Source of the DNA: Epithemia pelagica
Lineage: Eukaryota; Protista; Bacillariophyta
Assembly (NCBI GenBank): GCA_946965045.2
Contig: OX337234.1
Location: 2,728,001 to 2,792,000, forward strand
Direction: 5' to 3'
Length of the DNA stretch: 64,000 nt
The position numbers were made by a program, and so were the translations under genes. Under the pieces are notes generated by a model. It did no database searches, was not told the DNA's origin, and was given only the letters and a program-made list of their open reading frames with translations. Shown in pieces: positions 43,328 through 54,481 of the stretch (position 1 is the first letter of the stretch; each line of letters starts with the position of its first letter).

Positions 43328-46300
43328 TCACCAACCGGCCAGCATCTTTCGAGCACGTTGGAACAGAGTCTTTTCCAATCCTTTGGTAAGACAGTCTGCG
43401 ATCTGTTCTTCAGAAGCAACCTTGATCAACTGAATCTCACCCTTTGTCACATGTTCTTTGAAGAAGTGGTATTTTACAGCAATGTGCTTTGACCGTGGTG
43501 TCATCTTCGGCGTAGTCGCCAACAACAAAGCCCCGTTGTTGTCTTCGAACACTTTGGAGTGTGTTCGGCAAGGGAGAACTTTTGCTCCGAATAATTCTTT
43601 GATATCAGCTACCAGTCCTCGGAGAGGGATCAAGTCTCGCATGGCAAGGCTCAACGCGATGTATTCTGCCTCCATGGTGGAGACAGCGATTTCACTCTGC
43701 AATTTCGACACCCAATGCACTGGACAATTTGCCACCATGATCACGAAACCAGTTCTTGATTTGACACACAGTGGGTCTTGCGAATCTTCGACATTCCATT
43801 GCCCTGCAAAATCCGCATCTACGTAGCAATCAACCGTCAATTCACGCGTTGGATTGATGACCATTCCCTGGTCTTTGGTACCTTGGAGGTAACGACAAAT
43901 TCGCTTCACTGCTTGTCCGTGTGAAGCTTTTGGGTTGTGTGTAAAGCGCGCGCATTGGTGCACGGCGTAAGCGATCTCTGGTCTCGAATTTGACGCCAAG
44001 TATAACAACATCCCAACGACGGACGAATAGCTCCACTGCTTGGCGAATTCAGGGCCATCTTGGTCGGTACCGAGTGGTTTTTGACTCGCTGGAGTCTTGT
44101 CCGGGTTGCACGATTGCAATCCTGTTGCTTTGAGTACTTTATCGATGAGGCCCAACTGTTGCAGTTTTATTTGTCCGTCATCGAGTCTCTCGAACGAAAT
44201 TCCAAGGAACGCCGATACGTCTCCTTCAATTGTGAGTTCAAGATCGTCCTTCAGTGAGTCGAGTACCTTGTGAATTCGCTCTGCATCCGGCGCAGCCCAA
44301 ATGACGTCGTCGATGTACACTAAACACAAGATCTGTTTTGTTTTGTCGTAGAAGAGGCATGGGTCATACTCACTCTTCTTGAATCCTCTTTGTTCCAGGT
44401 GACCTTTCAGGTGGTCGTACCATGACAGTGGTGCTTGTCGTAGCCCGTACAAGCTCTTTCGAAGTCGTAGAACGAAGTCGCCATCCTCTGGTGGAGCAAA
44501 GTCCTTGGGTAGCTCCATGTACACTTCTTCGTCTAGAGTCGCTTGCGCAAACGCATTGGAGTAATCAGTTTGGATGGTTGTCCAGTTGAAGACAAGAGTG
44601 AGGAGTAGGACGAGACGGATCGTTGTCCATTGGACAACCGGCGCGTAAGTTTCAAAGAAGTCAACGCCATGTGTTTGTTGATCTCCTCTAACACAGAGTC
44701 TCGCTTTGAGTTTTCGAATCGATCCGTCTGGATATCGTTTACGGCGGAAGGCCCATGTGGATGGCAAGGCTTTGCGCCCTTGGGCTTTTATTATTGATCG
44801 ACGAACCAGTTCCCACGTGTCCTTTTGTTCTAACTCCGTCACTTCGTTTCCCATTGCAGCAACAAAGCCTTCTCGATCATCTCCAGTCATGGCTTCGAAG
44901 TACGAGGGCAAGTCTGGCGTTTTCTTCTTTGTGGAGGCTTGATAGACAATTGGGTCACGAAAGCCGAAAGTGTCTGATTCGACATCGGAATCGACGTATG
45001 CAAGATAAGCGGCGGACGTGGTGGCGTCGGTTACAAACGCGGCAAAACTGGCTAATGCTTGGTATCCAGCTCCTTGCGAGCCGTCGTAGCCCCAGCGGAG
45101 GGGTGCCTTGCGTTGTCGTGTCGAACGGCGAAGGGGTGTTGTGGGAGATGGTGCAGTAGGTGCCGGCGGCGGTTCCGGTTCAGGCGTTGGATTGGTAGCA
45201 TCGTCAGGCGGAGGAGCAGCGGGTGCAGGTTCGGTGGGCTCATCCGGCTGTGCTTCATCGTCGGTGGGAAGCGGTGCAGTGTCGTCTGTGTCGTCTGTCG
45301 GTGAAGGGTCTGTCTCCCTCTGATGCGACAATCCACCGTCATCGGAGGAAGGAGGGGTACGCTCCCTCTGATCGGCGAAGCGGATCTGACGGACCTGGGA
45401 GGAGCGGTCAACGTTGTCTTCATACTGGCTCATCCATTCGTCGGCCAAGGCCACCGGGTCGTCTTCGTCAAAGGCATAATGGTAGCGCGAATTTGCGAAG
45501 AGCTCCAGCCACTGGTTGGGATCAAATGGTGAGTCCTTGTCACTACCGATCACACTGGTGAACCAGTCGTCAAATACGACATGGAACTGTGGGGAAATGT
45601 GCCCAGTCCTGGTGTTGAGGACAAGCGGTACACGGGACGAATGGCGGCGCGAGAAACCGAGGAAAATCCCACGACGGGAGCGCGGCTTCCACTTTGGGAG
45701 CTTGTGACCATCCTGCAGAGTGGGTTCAAGCACGTAGCAGGGACAACCCCAAACGTGCATGTCAGCGAAGGTAGCACGCGAAACCTTTGTCCGAAGCAAC
45801 AATTCAAGGGGTGACATCATGCCTGCACTCGCCCGAGGCATGTGGTTGTGCTGGTACACAACATAATCAACGGCCATGGGCCACAAACTTGTATCGACTG
45901 CATCCGGCCAACGGATGGCAGCGTGAATCAGAATGGTTCGTACTTTGGTGAGGATAGTACCGATGGCACGCTCAGCGATGCCGTTCTGGTGATGAGCGCC
46001 GACACCGCTAAACTTGATGTTTTGCAGCCCTTGTTCGATCTCGTTGACGAAAGCTTTGGAGGCAAAGATTCCATTGTCAGACTGGTAAGCCTGAACAGTG
46101 ACACCCATATCAAACATACGCTTCTCATAGCGTTGTTTTGCAGCGATTGTTTCAGTGGCGGTGAAATTGACTAGGTGTTCCACGTGAATGTCTCCCGTTG
46201 CGTGGTCAACAAAGATGCAGCCACCGGAGTACATGCTGTCGGTGTGAGTTGCTCCGCGCGAGGAATAAAGGCGGCCCTTTTGCGTGACCGTGAAGTGGTC

Positions 46301-47593
46301 CATCGATACTCGCTGGCCAGGAAACAAATTCTCTTTCTTCAAGTTGTGTTCCTTTTCTTGCACAGAAGTTCGAGTGGAGGTGTCGGTCGGACGTCGCTTG
46401 GCTTTACCAAACTCACAGCTGGCACACTTGGGCAATTCACATTTTGCAGCTGCACGCAACAAAGGGGAGGTTCCCAATGCTCCAGTTTTCATCAAGCGTT
46501 GGATGGATGCCAAGCCTTGGTGACACAGGCGGTAATGCCACTTCATCAATTCCTTTTGCGCGGTGGTCAGATTCATATTTGCCAAGTTGGTTACGCATCC
46601 ATGGTTGACAGTTGGTGACGGTGCAAGTTTTGGTTCATTCCACATCTGACACGTTGGCAAGTTGTTGTCCTTGCTATAGCGGATGGAGGCACATTTGGAT
46701 TTCTGTTTGTGGAATTCGAATTTCGCAGCGCGGAGAACAAAACTTTCATCGGTGGCGTCGTTGTGTTGGAGATAGCTCTGCGGAGACAGCAGGCGACAAC
46801 GGGCGGCAGGTACATAATATGCCGGTGCTTCCAAGACGGTTGTTGTACCGTCGTCGAGCGTCATGGCCCATCGGACGGTGCCGGTTCCTTCGATCTCCAA
46901 ACCTTTGGCCAGGCCTTGCAACACGGATCCTTCGGACGCTGCATAGTCGACAAAATCTTCGCGGAATGGCGAGATTGTTATTGTGGCACCAGAGTCGAAG
47001 GTCACTGGAAAGGTCTTTGATGATGAAAACAACGAGGTCCAAGAAAAATAGGAGGTGTCTTTGGCTCCCTCTGTTGTTGGCTCGGCAGTGTTGGCTTCAA
47101 CGGGTGGACCGGCGGTTGGAAAGAGCGGGCGAAAATCCGGAATATCGACAGAAGGTTCAGTCATCGGAGGGATTGGGAAATCGAACGGCGTTTCCTCAAT
47201 GTCGGGCGGTGTTGTGTCTCCCTCTTGTTTCGGGCGGCGTTGATGACGGCAGCGCCAACGAACACATCCATGAAATCGGCGGTGATGAAAGCGGCTTGCA
47301 ACAATCAACGACGGGAATTTTGTGAGTGGCAATTCCAACCCAACAACCAAAGAGGACATGCTGAGCATGATCGCGGAGAGACAAAGGAACACCTTCGGTA
47401 TGATCGCCAATGGTGGAAGTCGACAGTAGTATTTTGGTCGACGAAAGCGGCGATAAGGTTTGCGAGGCCAAGCCAGTCGCCAGCCTGTGCGCCAAATGGA
47501 AAGGAATGGGCGAAGGAAGAAGAAATAGAGAAGGGGCAATGGATTCAACAATAAAAGAAAGCTCCAAATGGCGAGCAGAATCCGCCCAATGAG
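43328..47593 (-). CDS. pol: Copia pol (protease, integrase, RT, RNase H)
   Basis: FDSGA, WHYRLCH..CASC, SDNG..NGIAER, YIDDV, YVDADFA and IADCLTK. Confidence 0.95.
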   Translation of the reverse strand, partial: LIGRILLAIWSFLLLLNPLPLLYFFFLRPFLSIWRTGWRLAWPRKPYRRFRRPKYYCRLPPLAIIPKVFLCLSAIMLSMSSLVVGLELPLTKFPSLIVASRFHHRRFHGCVRWRCRHQRRPKQEGDTTPPDIEETPFDFPIPPMTEPSVDIPDFRPLFPTAGPPVEANTAEPTTEGAKDTSYFSWTSLFSSSKTFPVTFDSGATITISPFREDFVDYAASEGSVLQGLAKGLEIEGTGTVRWAMTLDDGTTTVLEAPAYYVPAARCRLLSPQSYLQHNDATDESFVLRAAKFEFHKQKSKCASIRYSKDNNLPTCQMWNEPKLAPSPTVNHGCVTNLANMNLTTAQKELMKWHYRLCHQGLASIQRLMKTGALGTSPLLRAAAKCELPKCASCEFGKAKRRPTDTSTRTSVQEKEHNLKKENLFPGQRVSMDHFTVTQKGRLYSSRGATHTDSMYSGGCIFVDHATGDIHVEHLVNFTATETIAAKQRYEKRMFDMGVTVQAYQSDNGIFASKAFVNEIEQGLQNIKFSGVGAHHQNGIAERAIGTILTKVRTILIHAAIRWPDAVDTSLWPMAVDYVVYQHNHMPRASAGMMSPLELLLRTKVSRATFADMHVWGCPCYVLEPTLQDGHKLPKWKPRSRRGIFLGFSRRHSSRVPLVLNTRTGHISPQFHVVFDDWFTSVIGSDKDSPFDPNQWLELFANSRYHYAFDEDDPVALADEWMSQYEDNVDRSSQVRQIRFADQRERTPPSSDDGGLSHQRETDPSPTDDTDDTAPLPTDDEAQPDEPTEPAPAAPPPDDATNPTPEPEPPPAPTAPSPTTPLRRSTRQRKAPLRWGYDGSQGAGYQALASFAAFVTDATTSAAYLAYVDSDVESDTFGFRDPIVYQASTKKKTPDLPSYFEAMTGDDREGFVAAMGNEVTELEQKDTWELVRRSIIKAQGRKALPSTWAFRRKRYPDGSIRKLKARLCVRGDQQTHGVDFFETYAPVVQWTTIRLVLLLTLVFNWTTIQTDYSNAFAQATLDEEVYMELPKDFAPPEDGDFVLRLRKSLYGLRQAPLSWYDHLKGHLEQRGFKKSEYDPCLFYDKTKQILCLVYIDDVIWAAPDAERIHKVLDSLKDDLELTIEGDVSAFLGISFERLDDGQIKLQQLGLIDKVLKATGLQSCNPDKTPASQKPLGTDQDGPEFAKQWSYSSVVGMLLYLASNSRPEIAYAVHQCARFTHNPKASHGQAVKRICRYLQGTKDQGMVINPTRELTVDCYVDADFAGQWNVEDSQDPLCVKSRTGFVIMVANCPVHWVSKLQSEIAVSTMEAEYIALSLAMRDLIPLRGLVADIKELFGAKVLPCRTHSKVFEDNNGALLLATTPKMTPRSKHIAVKYHFFKEHVTKGEIQLIKVASEEQIADCLTKGLEKTLFQRARKMLAGW

Positions 47594-49063
47594 TCATTCA
47601 CTGTCTTCATCCAGGATGGATGAAGCTCCCACAAAAGCCAAAGAAGCGGCTCCTGCAATCTTCTTGTCATTCTTTGGCGGCGGCTTATAATCGTCGTCAT
47701 GGGTCGATGTACCATGGGACAAGCGCCAGAATCCACATTTTGCACACCAGTGCCATGTCTTTCCTTCGACTGTCTTGGTTTCTGATTCTCCTGCACCGGG
47801 TGGTTTTGACTTCCAGGGCGCTTTAGGAGCTTTGCTTTTCCGTTGCTTTCCATTGGTTTTGTTATCCGGATTCAGTGGGCAGTCTTTCTTCAAGTGGTCA
47901 GTCGATCCACACAGATGACACTTGCGAGTTCCACTATTGGACGAGCCACTCTTTTCGCTTTTGAGGGCTGCTGATACTTGCTTTTGAACAAGGCTGTTGA
48001 TCTCTGCACGAGTGAACGTGAGTGCTTCGGGAGCATTACCGGTGTCACCTTTCTTTCCAGTCGGTCCCCATCGTTCAGCAGTGGAAAGGAGCGTGTATTC
48101 CGCATTGGCTTCTTCTACCAAGTCTTGCACGGACACGTAATCTGGTTCAGTCGAGCGTGCGTCAATTGCGGCTTTGGACAAGCCATGGACTCTGGTAACC
48201 CATTGGTTCACGGCAGTACTTCGGGCCATAAATTTGACGCGAAACTGTTCGACTGACGACGTGCACAGCTGCTCATTCAGAATGAATGGCGCGTCACTCG
48301 GTACATTGCGGCCCAGCTCAATACACGTTTGAAGGAACTTGGTGGTAAACACCTTGACATCCTCTCCAGGTGTCTGTCGCAACTTAAGGGACTCCAGCTG
48401 TTTCTTGAGAGCCTTGATTCGTTGAAAAGATGCCGTGCGTACTTCTCGGACAACGTAGATCCAGAGGATGGGTCCGAAGCGCATTTCTCGTGGTAAGAGG
48501 GGTCGAATGCTTGTCTTCACTGTTTCATCTAACACAGCCATGATTGCTTTGAATGCAAGGTCCATATTGTTTGTGGAGTAGTCATCATACAGCGGTGTTG
48601 ACGCTGCGAGCGCATTTCTGAAGTGGGTAACAACATACGCAGGAGAGAACTCCGAATCCTCATGCAGGATATTCACCAGTTGCGTTGGATTCTGCGGGTC
48701 TGGTAAGTAGAACTCCGCATCCATTCCATGAAACTCCATATGTTCTGACACAAGCTCCGCGAACTGTTCAAGGGTCAGTTCCTTTTCGTCTCTGGTAAAC
48801 TTGCGTGTATCCGAATCACTATTGATGATGGTGGTCTTATTCTTGAGAGCTTTGTGGGCCTCAGTTGGATCTTGGAGTTGGTAACAGTATGGACTTCTCG
48901 GAACGGTCCGAGTCGTTGCTTGGAAGTTCGTATCTGTTGGTCGTCCTCCAGTCCAGGGATGGATGCCCGTCAATCCACCGAGCCGTGGTCGTGTCGGTGC
49001 AGCAACTACTCGCGGTGTAGGCGGCGGTGGAGGCCTTGGAGGCGGTGTCGTGGGCGCACTCAT
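47594..49063 (-). CDS. gag: Copia gag with CCHC zinc knuckle
   Basis: CHLCGSTDHLKKDC and WHWCAKC..W..SH. Confidence 0.9.
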   Translation of the reverse strand: MSAPTTPPPRPPPPPTPRVVAAPTRPRLGGLTGIHPWTGGRPTDTNFQATTRTVPRSPYCYQLQDPTEAHKALKNKTTIINSDSDTRKFTRDEKELTLEQFAELVSEHMEFHGMDAEFYLPDPQNPTQLVNILHEDSEFSPAYVVTHFRNALAASTPLYDDYSTNNMDLAFKAIMAVLDETVKTSIRPLLPREMRFGPILWIYVVREVRTASFQRIKALKKQLESLKLRQTPGEDVKVFTTKFLQTCIELGRNVPSDAPFILNEQLCTSSVEQFRVKFMARSTAVNQWVTRVHGLSKAAIDARSTEPDYVSVQDLVEEANAEYTLLSTAERWGPTGKKGDTGNAPEALTFTRAEINSLVQKQVSAALKSEKSGSSNSGTRKCHLCGSTDHLKKDCPLNPDNKTNGKQRKSKAPKAPWKSKPPGAGESETKTVEGKTWHWCAKCGFWRLSHGTSTHDDDYKPPPKNDKKIAGAASLAFVGASSILDEDSE

Positions 49064-49158
49064 GGTCGATTCCTTTCTTCCAGCTTCGGCGTTTCAAAAC
49101 TTGGTTGATCCCGTTCTTGTCGTCGTTGTCTTAGCAATGCTCTTACAACTCGCTACTT

Positions 49159-49170
49159 GGGCTCATAACC
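49159..49170 (-). other. Primer binding site, tRNA-iMet half-molecule type
   Basis: GGTTATGAGCCC directly after the 5' LTR, resembling the Drosophila copia-type PBS. Confidence 0.8.
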
Positions 49171-49397
49171 TGCCAGAACTGACGATACAGTCTCTATTGA
49201 GGTCGTACGCAACAGAGACGATACTCTGATATGGTCAACCAGCGGCAGGGAAGATGTTGGAAGAGAGATGCAATGCAACAATCAAACAGTTCGGAATTAT
49301 GATTTGGGAAGAGAGGCGGGACTTTATCTACCTTAGCAGCTCGACGGGCGCGCTCCAAGACTGCACATGCTATCCGTGCTACCTCATCTTCGCGACA
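49171..49397 (-). repeat. 5' LTR
   Basis: Direct repeat of 43037-43263. Confidence 0.95.
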
Positions 49398-51483
49398 CCA
49401 AATTGGTGACCGACCGCTTTCAAAGTACTTCTCGATCGAGACTGGGATGCGATTGCCAACGATGAAAGAGTTCTTCGGCGCAATTTTAGAGCACGCTCCA
49501 AACAAGGTGTTGAGCATTGAGTTCCTAGGGCTTTGTGGAGTAGCTTGTAAACAGTCGAAAGGGTCGAAGAAACGGAAATATGATGACCACCGACGATTCA
49601 ATGACATGATGACTCCTTCCGGTTTCGGACGAACCGAGAATTGGAATTGCGTCCAGGTTGAACCGGCAAAGAGGATCCTGTGTTCTCGGCCTCATGGGGC
49701 ATCGCTCATCAATATCCGTCTTATGCATCCAATTTTCCAAGAAATGGTAGACGTTCTGGAAAGAGGGGACCCTGCCCGCCAAGACTATGAACTCGCAGCC
49801 CGACTAGCCTGTGTTCAACCAAACTCATACGAGAACGAAGGACGTCGTCGTGACAAAATTAATGATCTCCTCAACGAGTACATCGCGAAGGCGCATAATT
49901 TTGTCATTTCCGCTCGGATTGTTGCGAGGACTTCTGAATCCAATGGGTCGGCGGGCGCATTTTTTCAACGCGGAATACAAGGACGAAAAAGGCTTGGGAA
50001 CCGCGGATCCCTACATGGAAAACGCTGCCTACTACGCTCTCTACTGGTCTTATAGAGATGGCTCGAACTACCATTGCTGTCCGTGGATTATGTTGGAAGT
50101 GGTGGGACAAGAGGTAGGTCTATCTGGCGGTGCTTGGGCGTGTGGATACCCTTGCGTTCAACCATTGAGTAGCAATGTACCTTTTTTGGAATTACCTCAA
50201 GACCGCAACCTTCAACAAATGCAAGTACGACTGTGTATGGCGTTACGCATTGGCTTCTCGGGTCTTGCGGCTTGGTATCGCGACGTTGTTCCCACATTGT
50301 TGACACCAGACCCGCAAGCGCAATTTCCCTTTGCCAGAACGTTCACTGACTCAAAAACTGGAACCGAAATTGGCCTGTGTTACGAGGGAAAGATGGAGCA
50401 TCAGGCCAACAACAATGCTCTGTTTCGGGCCACAAGGTTAGATTCAAATGAGCTCGTGGTCGTCAAATTCACGCTGTGGTATGGAGAATCGGTGCATAAG
50501 TTGCTAGCGGAGCATGACTTGGCACCGCCGTTATTCGCTTGCGAGCATGTGGCTGACATGAAAATGGTCGTAATGGGGTACTGTGCGGGAAGCATGTGGC
50601 CCAATTCCCCTTCTAAGGCACATATGGAGCTAATCGATAGAGCGGAGAAACTTTTGGGGGAGGCCAATTTGGTTCACGGTGACTTACGGAAGCCCAACGT
50701 CTTTGTCGAAGGAGAGAAGATACGCATTATTGATTTTGACTGGGCAGGAACAGCGGGGACTGTCAAGTACCCCATCTGTTTGAGTACAGCCGAGACTTGG
50801 CACGAGGATGCTGCTGTAAGTTGCCCTATTGAACATGCTCATGATCAACACATGGTGAGATTACTATTGTGCTCATGAAGTACGAATGAACCAAAACCAC
50901 TCAGCCTCCAAGTGGCTCCCGAGGATCAGCCGTCTTCCAATTTAGAAACAGCAAGCCAGCAACAGCACCAGGAAGCGACAACAACAACAACCCACGACGA
51001 AGCAAACAATCCTCCATCAACAACCAACAATAACGATGCCGGCCCCGATGCTTCCCAATACACTGTTGCGACTGCTGTGGCCCCGCCTACCGATCCCTCC
51101 CCCCAATGTCGTGGTGCCATAGTAACCTGCCGTCCAACGAGTCAAAGGGACTTTCCCAACCTGAAGGTGAAAGTGCAGAAAGTTACAGAAGGGTCATATC
51201 TGGTCCCCCTTTGTCGTCAGCCACCCCTTCCCTGCCTCAACCCTGGCAATTCTGCCTCGCATCACCCACGGTTGGTTCTTGTGTCACCAAACACCGGCCA
51301 CACTCCGCCCCTCACTTTAGCATCGAACAATTGTTCACAATGAATGCGACAAGCAAAAAATTTTAGTACACCCATAGCTCCATAGCGTTGATCCATGCGA
51401 CAAAAAAAGGATTGTGTTTGCGTGAGCATAATGTCCAACCCATTCACAAGCAGTCCTTTACCTAGTAGTGGAAGTAGACCGTT

Positions 51484-52689
51484 TCATGGCCGGTGTGGAT
51501 AGCTAGTAGTACTAGTAGTAGAGTGTGGGTCCAGTGGATTGTGTTGTGGATGTTGTCGTTGTTGTTGTCGTCGGAGGAGCGTCAGGGCTTGACGGGCATT
51601 GGCCAGGGTGAAACCGACGGAACTTTGTACCGGCACGACGTGGTCTTGTTCAAAGAGGGACCGATATCGTTCATTGGCCGTTCCATGAATCAAGTCTTCA
51701 TCGTCCAAGGCAATCCAACAGGGTCCCTGGTGATGGTGTTGGTTGTTGTTGATTTTTGTAGGAGTGTTGGTATGGAGTGGTTGGTTGGTTCGAGGAACCT
51801 GCTGCGGCTGATGCTTGGAAGGATGGTTCATCCGCCCCATGGAGGGCGGTTTCCCTTTTTTGGTTCCGCGTCGTTTGTTGTTGTTGTGGTTGTTGTTGTT
51901 GTGCGGTTGGAACGGGTCGGTCGAGTGCGAGTGCGAATCGAAGGAGGAGGAGGATGCGGCAAGACAAAAGGATTGAGGATAGTGTGTGTGCAACCAATCG
52001 TAAATTTCGTATTGTCGTTCGGAATGCAAGAGTGGATTGGTGACATCGTCAAAGGCAAAGTCCTTCCAGGCCGTAGTACTCTGCAGGCAGGATGGTCGTT
52101 CTTGTGCTTGTTCTTGTTGTTGTCCATGCGTTTGGAGTGCTTGTTCAATCAAGGCAATGGCGTGGGGTTGGACCCGCCACGTGGAGGACAAGACCCAATA
52201 GGTCGGCCACGGTTCGGTTCGGAATGGTGTGGTGGTTGTGGTAGTAGTAGTAGCATCATCCATTGCGGTGGTGGTCGTCCGTGGAGTTTTCGTCGTTGTG
52301 GTTGTCTCTTGCAGTTGTTGCATCAGGTACGTCAAGGCATTCAATGTCGAGGAAGGAAAAAGTGATGACGAGGAGGAGGAGGACAACGAAGATGGTTCGG
52401 ATGTTGTTGTGGACCATGAATTTGGTGTTGGATTTGTTTCTTGTTGTTGATTTGTAGGAAATGGTGGAGACGGATTGGCGGCAGTGGTGTCGTCGTTGTC
52501 GGCGTCATTGGAGTCGTCGTCGTTGTCGTCCGTGTGGATCGTTGGATTGTTGTTGCTGCTGCGACCAATATCCTCTTGCACAAGACACTCCTTGTCGTCG
52601 TCAGTCGAACCCTCTGCCGTGGAAGAAAAGGGCAACAGGACGCCATCAATGTCGAGAAACACAATGTTGCACCGATGAGACGACCACAT
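51484..52689 (-). CDS. HAD-superfamily phosphatase (Swiss-army-knife RNA-repair-like HAD)
   Basis: IVFLDIDGVL, WVLSSTWR, RQYEIYDWL, WIALDDEDL and GFT; likely ATG at 52689. Confidence 0.8.
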   Translation of the reverse strand: MWSSHRCNIVFLDIDGVLLPFSSTAEGSTDDDKECLVQEDIGRSSNNNPTIHTDDNDDDSNDADNDDTTAANPSPPFPTNQQQETNPTPNSWSTTTSEPSSLSSSSSSSLFPSSTLNALTYLMQQLQETTTTTKTPRTTTTAMDDATTTTTTTTPFRTEPWPTYWVLSSTWRVQPHAIALIEQALQTHGQQQEQAQERPSCLQSTTAWKDFAFDDVTNPLLHSERQYEIYDWLHTHYPQSFCLAASSSSFDSHSHSTDPFQPHNNNNHNNNKRRGTKKGKPPSMGRMNHPSKHQPQQVPRTNQPLHTNTPTKINNNQHHHQGPCWIALDDEDLIHGTANERYRSLFEQDHVVPVQSSVGFTLANARQALTLLRRQQQRQHPQHNPLDPHSTTSTTSYPHRP

Positions 52690-52900
52690 TATGCACAGTG
52701 TAAAGTGCACATACAGCAACTGTGTTTGATTGTATTGTGTCTCTAGAGATGTGATCAAAGTACTCCTAAGCGGGATTAATTCCAGATCGCACATAAGTCG
52801 TACCTGAGGTACATCTGCGTGACCCCTGCTTGGGGCTGGGGATACAACAGAACATCTACACAACGACACACAACAACGCAATCAGGCAGAACAACGCGCC

Positions 52901-54481
52901 ATGAGCGGCTTTGAGACGATGGAGACTGCTTCTATCACATTCAAGGATGTATGGGAGGAAAACAAAACAGGCGAAGCGCTTGTCAATTATTTAATCGGGG
53001 CAGAGATGGCGGACGAGATCCTGGGGAAGTACTACAATAACGGAAAGCCGCTGTCCACGGTGAAGTCGTTTTTGGAAGAATTGGTTGATGGGGCACCCTC
53101 CAGATTGCTGGCGACAAAGTTTCTTGCACATTGTGCCACGACGAGTGCTCAACCGACTCGTAAACGCAAATATACGGACCACAGGCGCTACGGCGTACTT
53201 CCAACGCCATCAGGCTACGGCAGTGTGGTGAAGAAAACGGCTGGCGGTGATTTTGAAGGCTGGCTGGTGTATCAAGACAATCCTGATCTCGAAGTCATGT
53301 GCTTGCGACCGCCGGAAAGCACGTTCATCAGTGTTGCGCTCATGCATCCCGTCTTTTCCCGGATTACCGATGTCTTGATGTCAGGCCAACCGGAGCCCGC
53401 GGATTGGAAAATGGCGGCTGAGCTGGCTACCGTCCTGCCTAGAAACTTCACGGTGGAAGGGAGACGTCGTGACGAGGTCAACGAAATTCTGAATAAATAC
53501 ATCGCCAGGCCAGAGAATACAACTATCGCGCCAAAAATCATTGCCGGGACGAGAGAATCAGATGGAACGGCGGGAAATTTCTTCAATGTCGAATACAAGA
53601 ACGAGAAAGGATTGGGCAATGCGGATCCATACATGGAGAATGTGGGCTACTATGTTCATTTTTGGGCTAACAGTGACGGTCCCACAAAGCACTGTTGCCC
53701 GTGGCTGATGGTCGAGGTCGTTGGACAGGAAATGGGATTGTCCGGCGCCGCTTGGGCATGCGGATACCCATGTGCGCAACCGCTAAGTTCCAACGTTCCT
53801 TTTGTTTCGGTGCCGCAGGATGGCCACTTCAGATTGATGCAAAGCCGCCTCTGCATGGCAATACGTTTGGGCTTCCAACAGCTTCACCAGTGGTACACCT
53901 CCCAGGCTGTTATGCTACAAGCAAACCCCCAAGCTACTTTTCCTTTTCAAAGAGAGTTTCAAGTTGATGGAAAACAAGTGGACCTTCTTTACAACGAAAT
54001 TCTTATTCCTGGTTTGAGAAGACCTTTGTTTCTTGCTACGAGAAGAGATACAGGAAAGAATGTTGTGGTCAAATTTTCGTCTCACTATGGAACAGAAGTG
54101 CATCAAAAATTGGCAGAGAGCGGTATGGCTCCCGATATTTATGCTCATCTTTCTGTCGGTGGAATGGTAATGGTGATCATGGACTACATCGAGGGTGAAC
54201 GGTGGCCGGATCATCCAACCACACAACAAAAAGACAATCTCCGAGGTTTAGCAGCTAAATTGGAATCGACTGGCTTTGTCCATGGAGACTTACGAGCACC
54301 AAACATTTTGGTGCAGGGAGATCGTGTTCTTGCAATCGATTTTGATTGGGCAGGACGAGCGGGCCAGGCTAGGTATCCCATTCACCTCAACCAGGATGAG
54401 AAATGGCATGCAGATGCATGTGTGGGATGTCTGATCGAGCATTCCCACGATTCTTTCATGGTGGACCAACTTTGCAAATGA
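52901..54481 (+). CDS. Intact REase+kinase protein (Crinkler-type)
   Basis: ESDG..NVEYKNEKG..DPY, VVVKF, VHGDLRAPNIL and IDFDWAG. Confidence 0.85.
   Translation: MSGFETMETASITFKDVWEENKTGEALVNYLIGAEMADEILGKYYNNGKPLSTVKSFLEELVDGAPSRLLATKFLAHCATTSAQPTRKRKYTDHRRYGVLPTPSGYGSVVKKTAGGDFEGWLVYQDNPDLEVMCLRPPESTFISVALMHPVFSRITDVLMSGQPEPADWKMAAELATVLPRNFTVEGRRRDEVNEILNKYIARPENTTIAPKIIAGTRESDGTAGNFFNVEYKNEKGLGNADPYMENVGYYVHFWANSDGPTKHCCPWLMVEVVGQEMGLSGAAWACGYPCAQPLSSNVPFVSVPQDGHFRLMQSRLCMAIRLGFQQLHQWYTSQAVMLQANPQATFPFQREFQVDGKQVDLLYNEILIPGLRRPLFLATRRDTGKNVVVKFSSHYGTEVHQKLAESGMAPDIYAHLSVGGMVMVIMDYIEGERWPDHPTTQQKDNLRGLAAKLESTGFVHGDLRAPNILVQGDRVLAIDFDWAGRAGQARYPIHLNQDEKWHADACVGCLIEHSHDSFMVDQLCK

Larger units (their letters stand above)
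43037..49397 (-). mobile_element. Complete Ty1/copia (CoDi-like) LTR retrotransposon
   Basis: Two 227-bp TG..CA LTRs, TSD CCAAA (43032-43036 and 49398-49402), PBS, PPT, and gag-PR-INT-RT-RH order. Confidence 0.97.
42940..50878 (+). pseudogene. REase+kinase gene interrupted by copia (42940-43036 joined to 49403-50878)
   Basis: MSNVELKALTFKDVWE joins in frame to IGDRPLSKY after removing the element and one TSD. Paralog of the 52901 gene. Extra T at 49960-49965; VHGDLRKPN and IDFDWAG motifs. Confidence 0.85.

Noticed and set aside
50912-51343. 143-aa ORF after the first kinase
   Set aside because: GTG start, low complexity, no recognisable motif.
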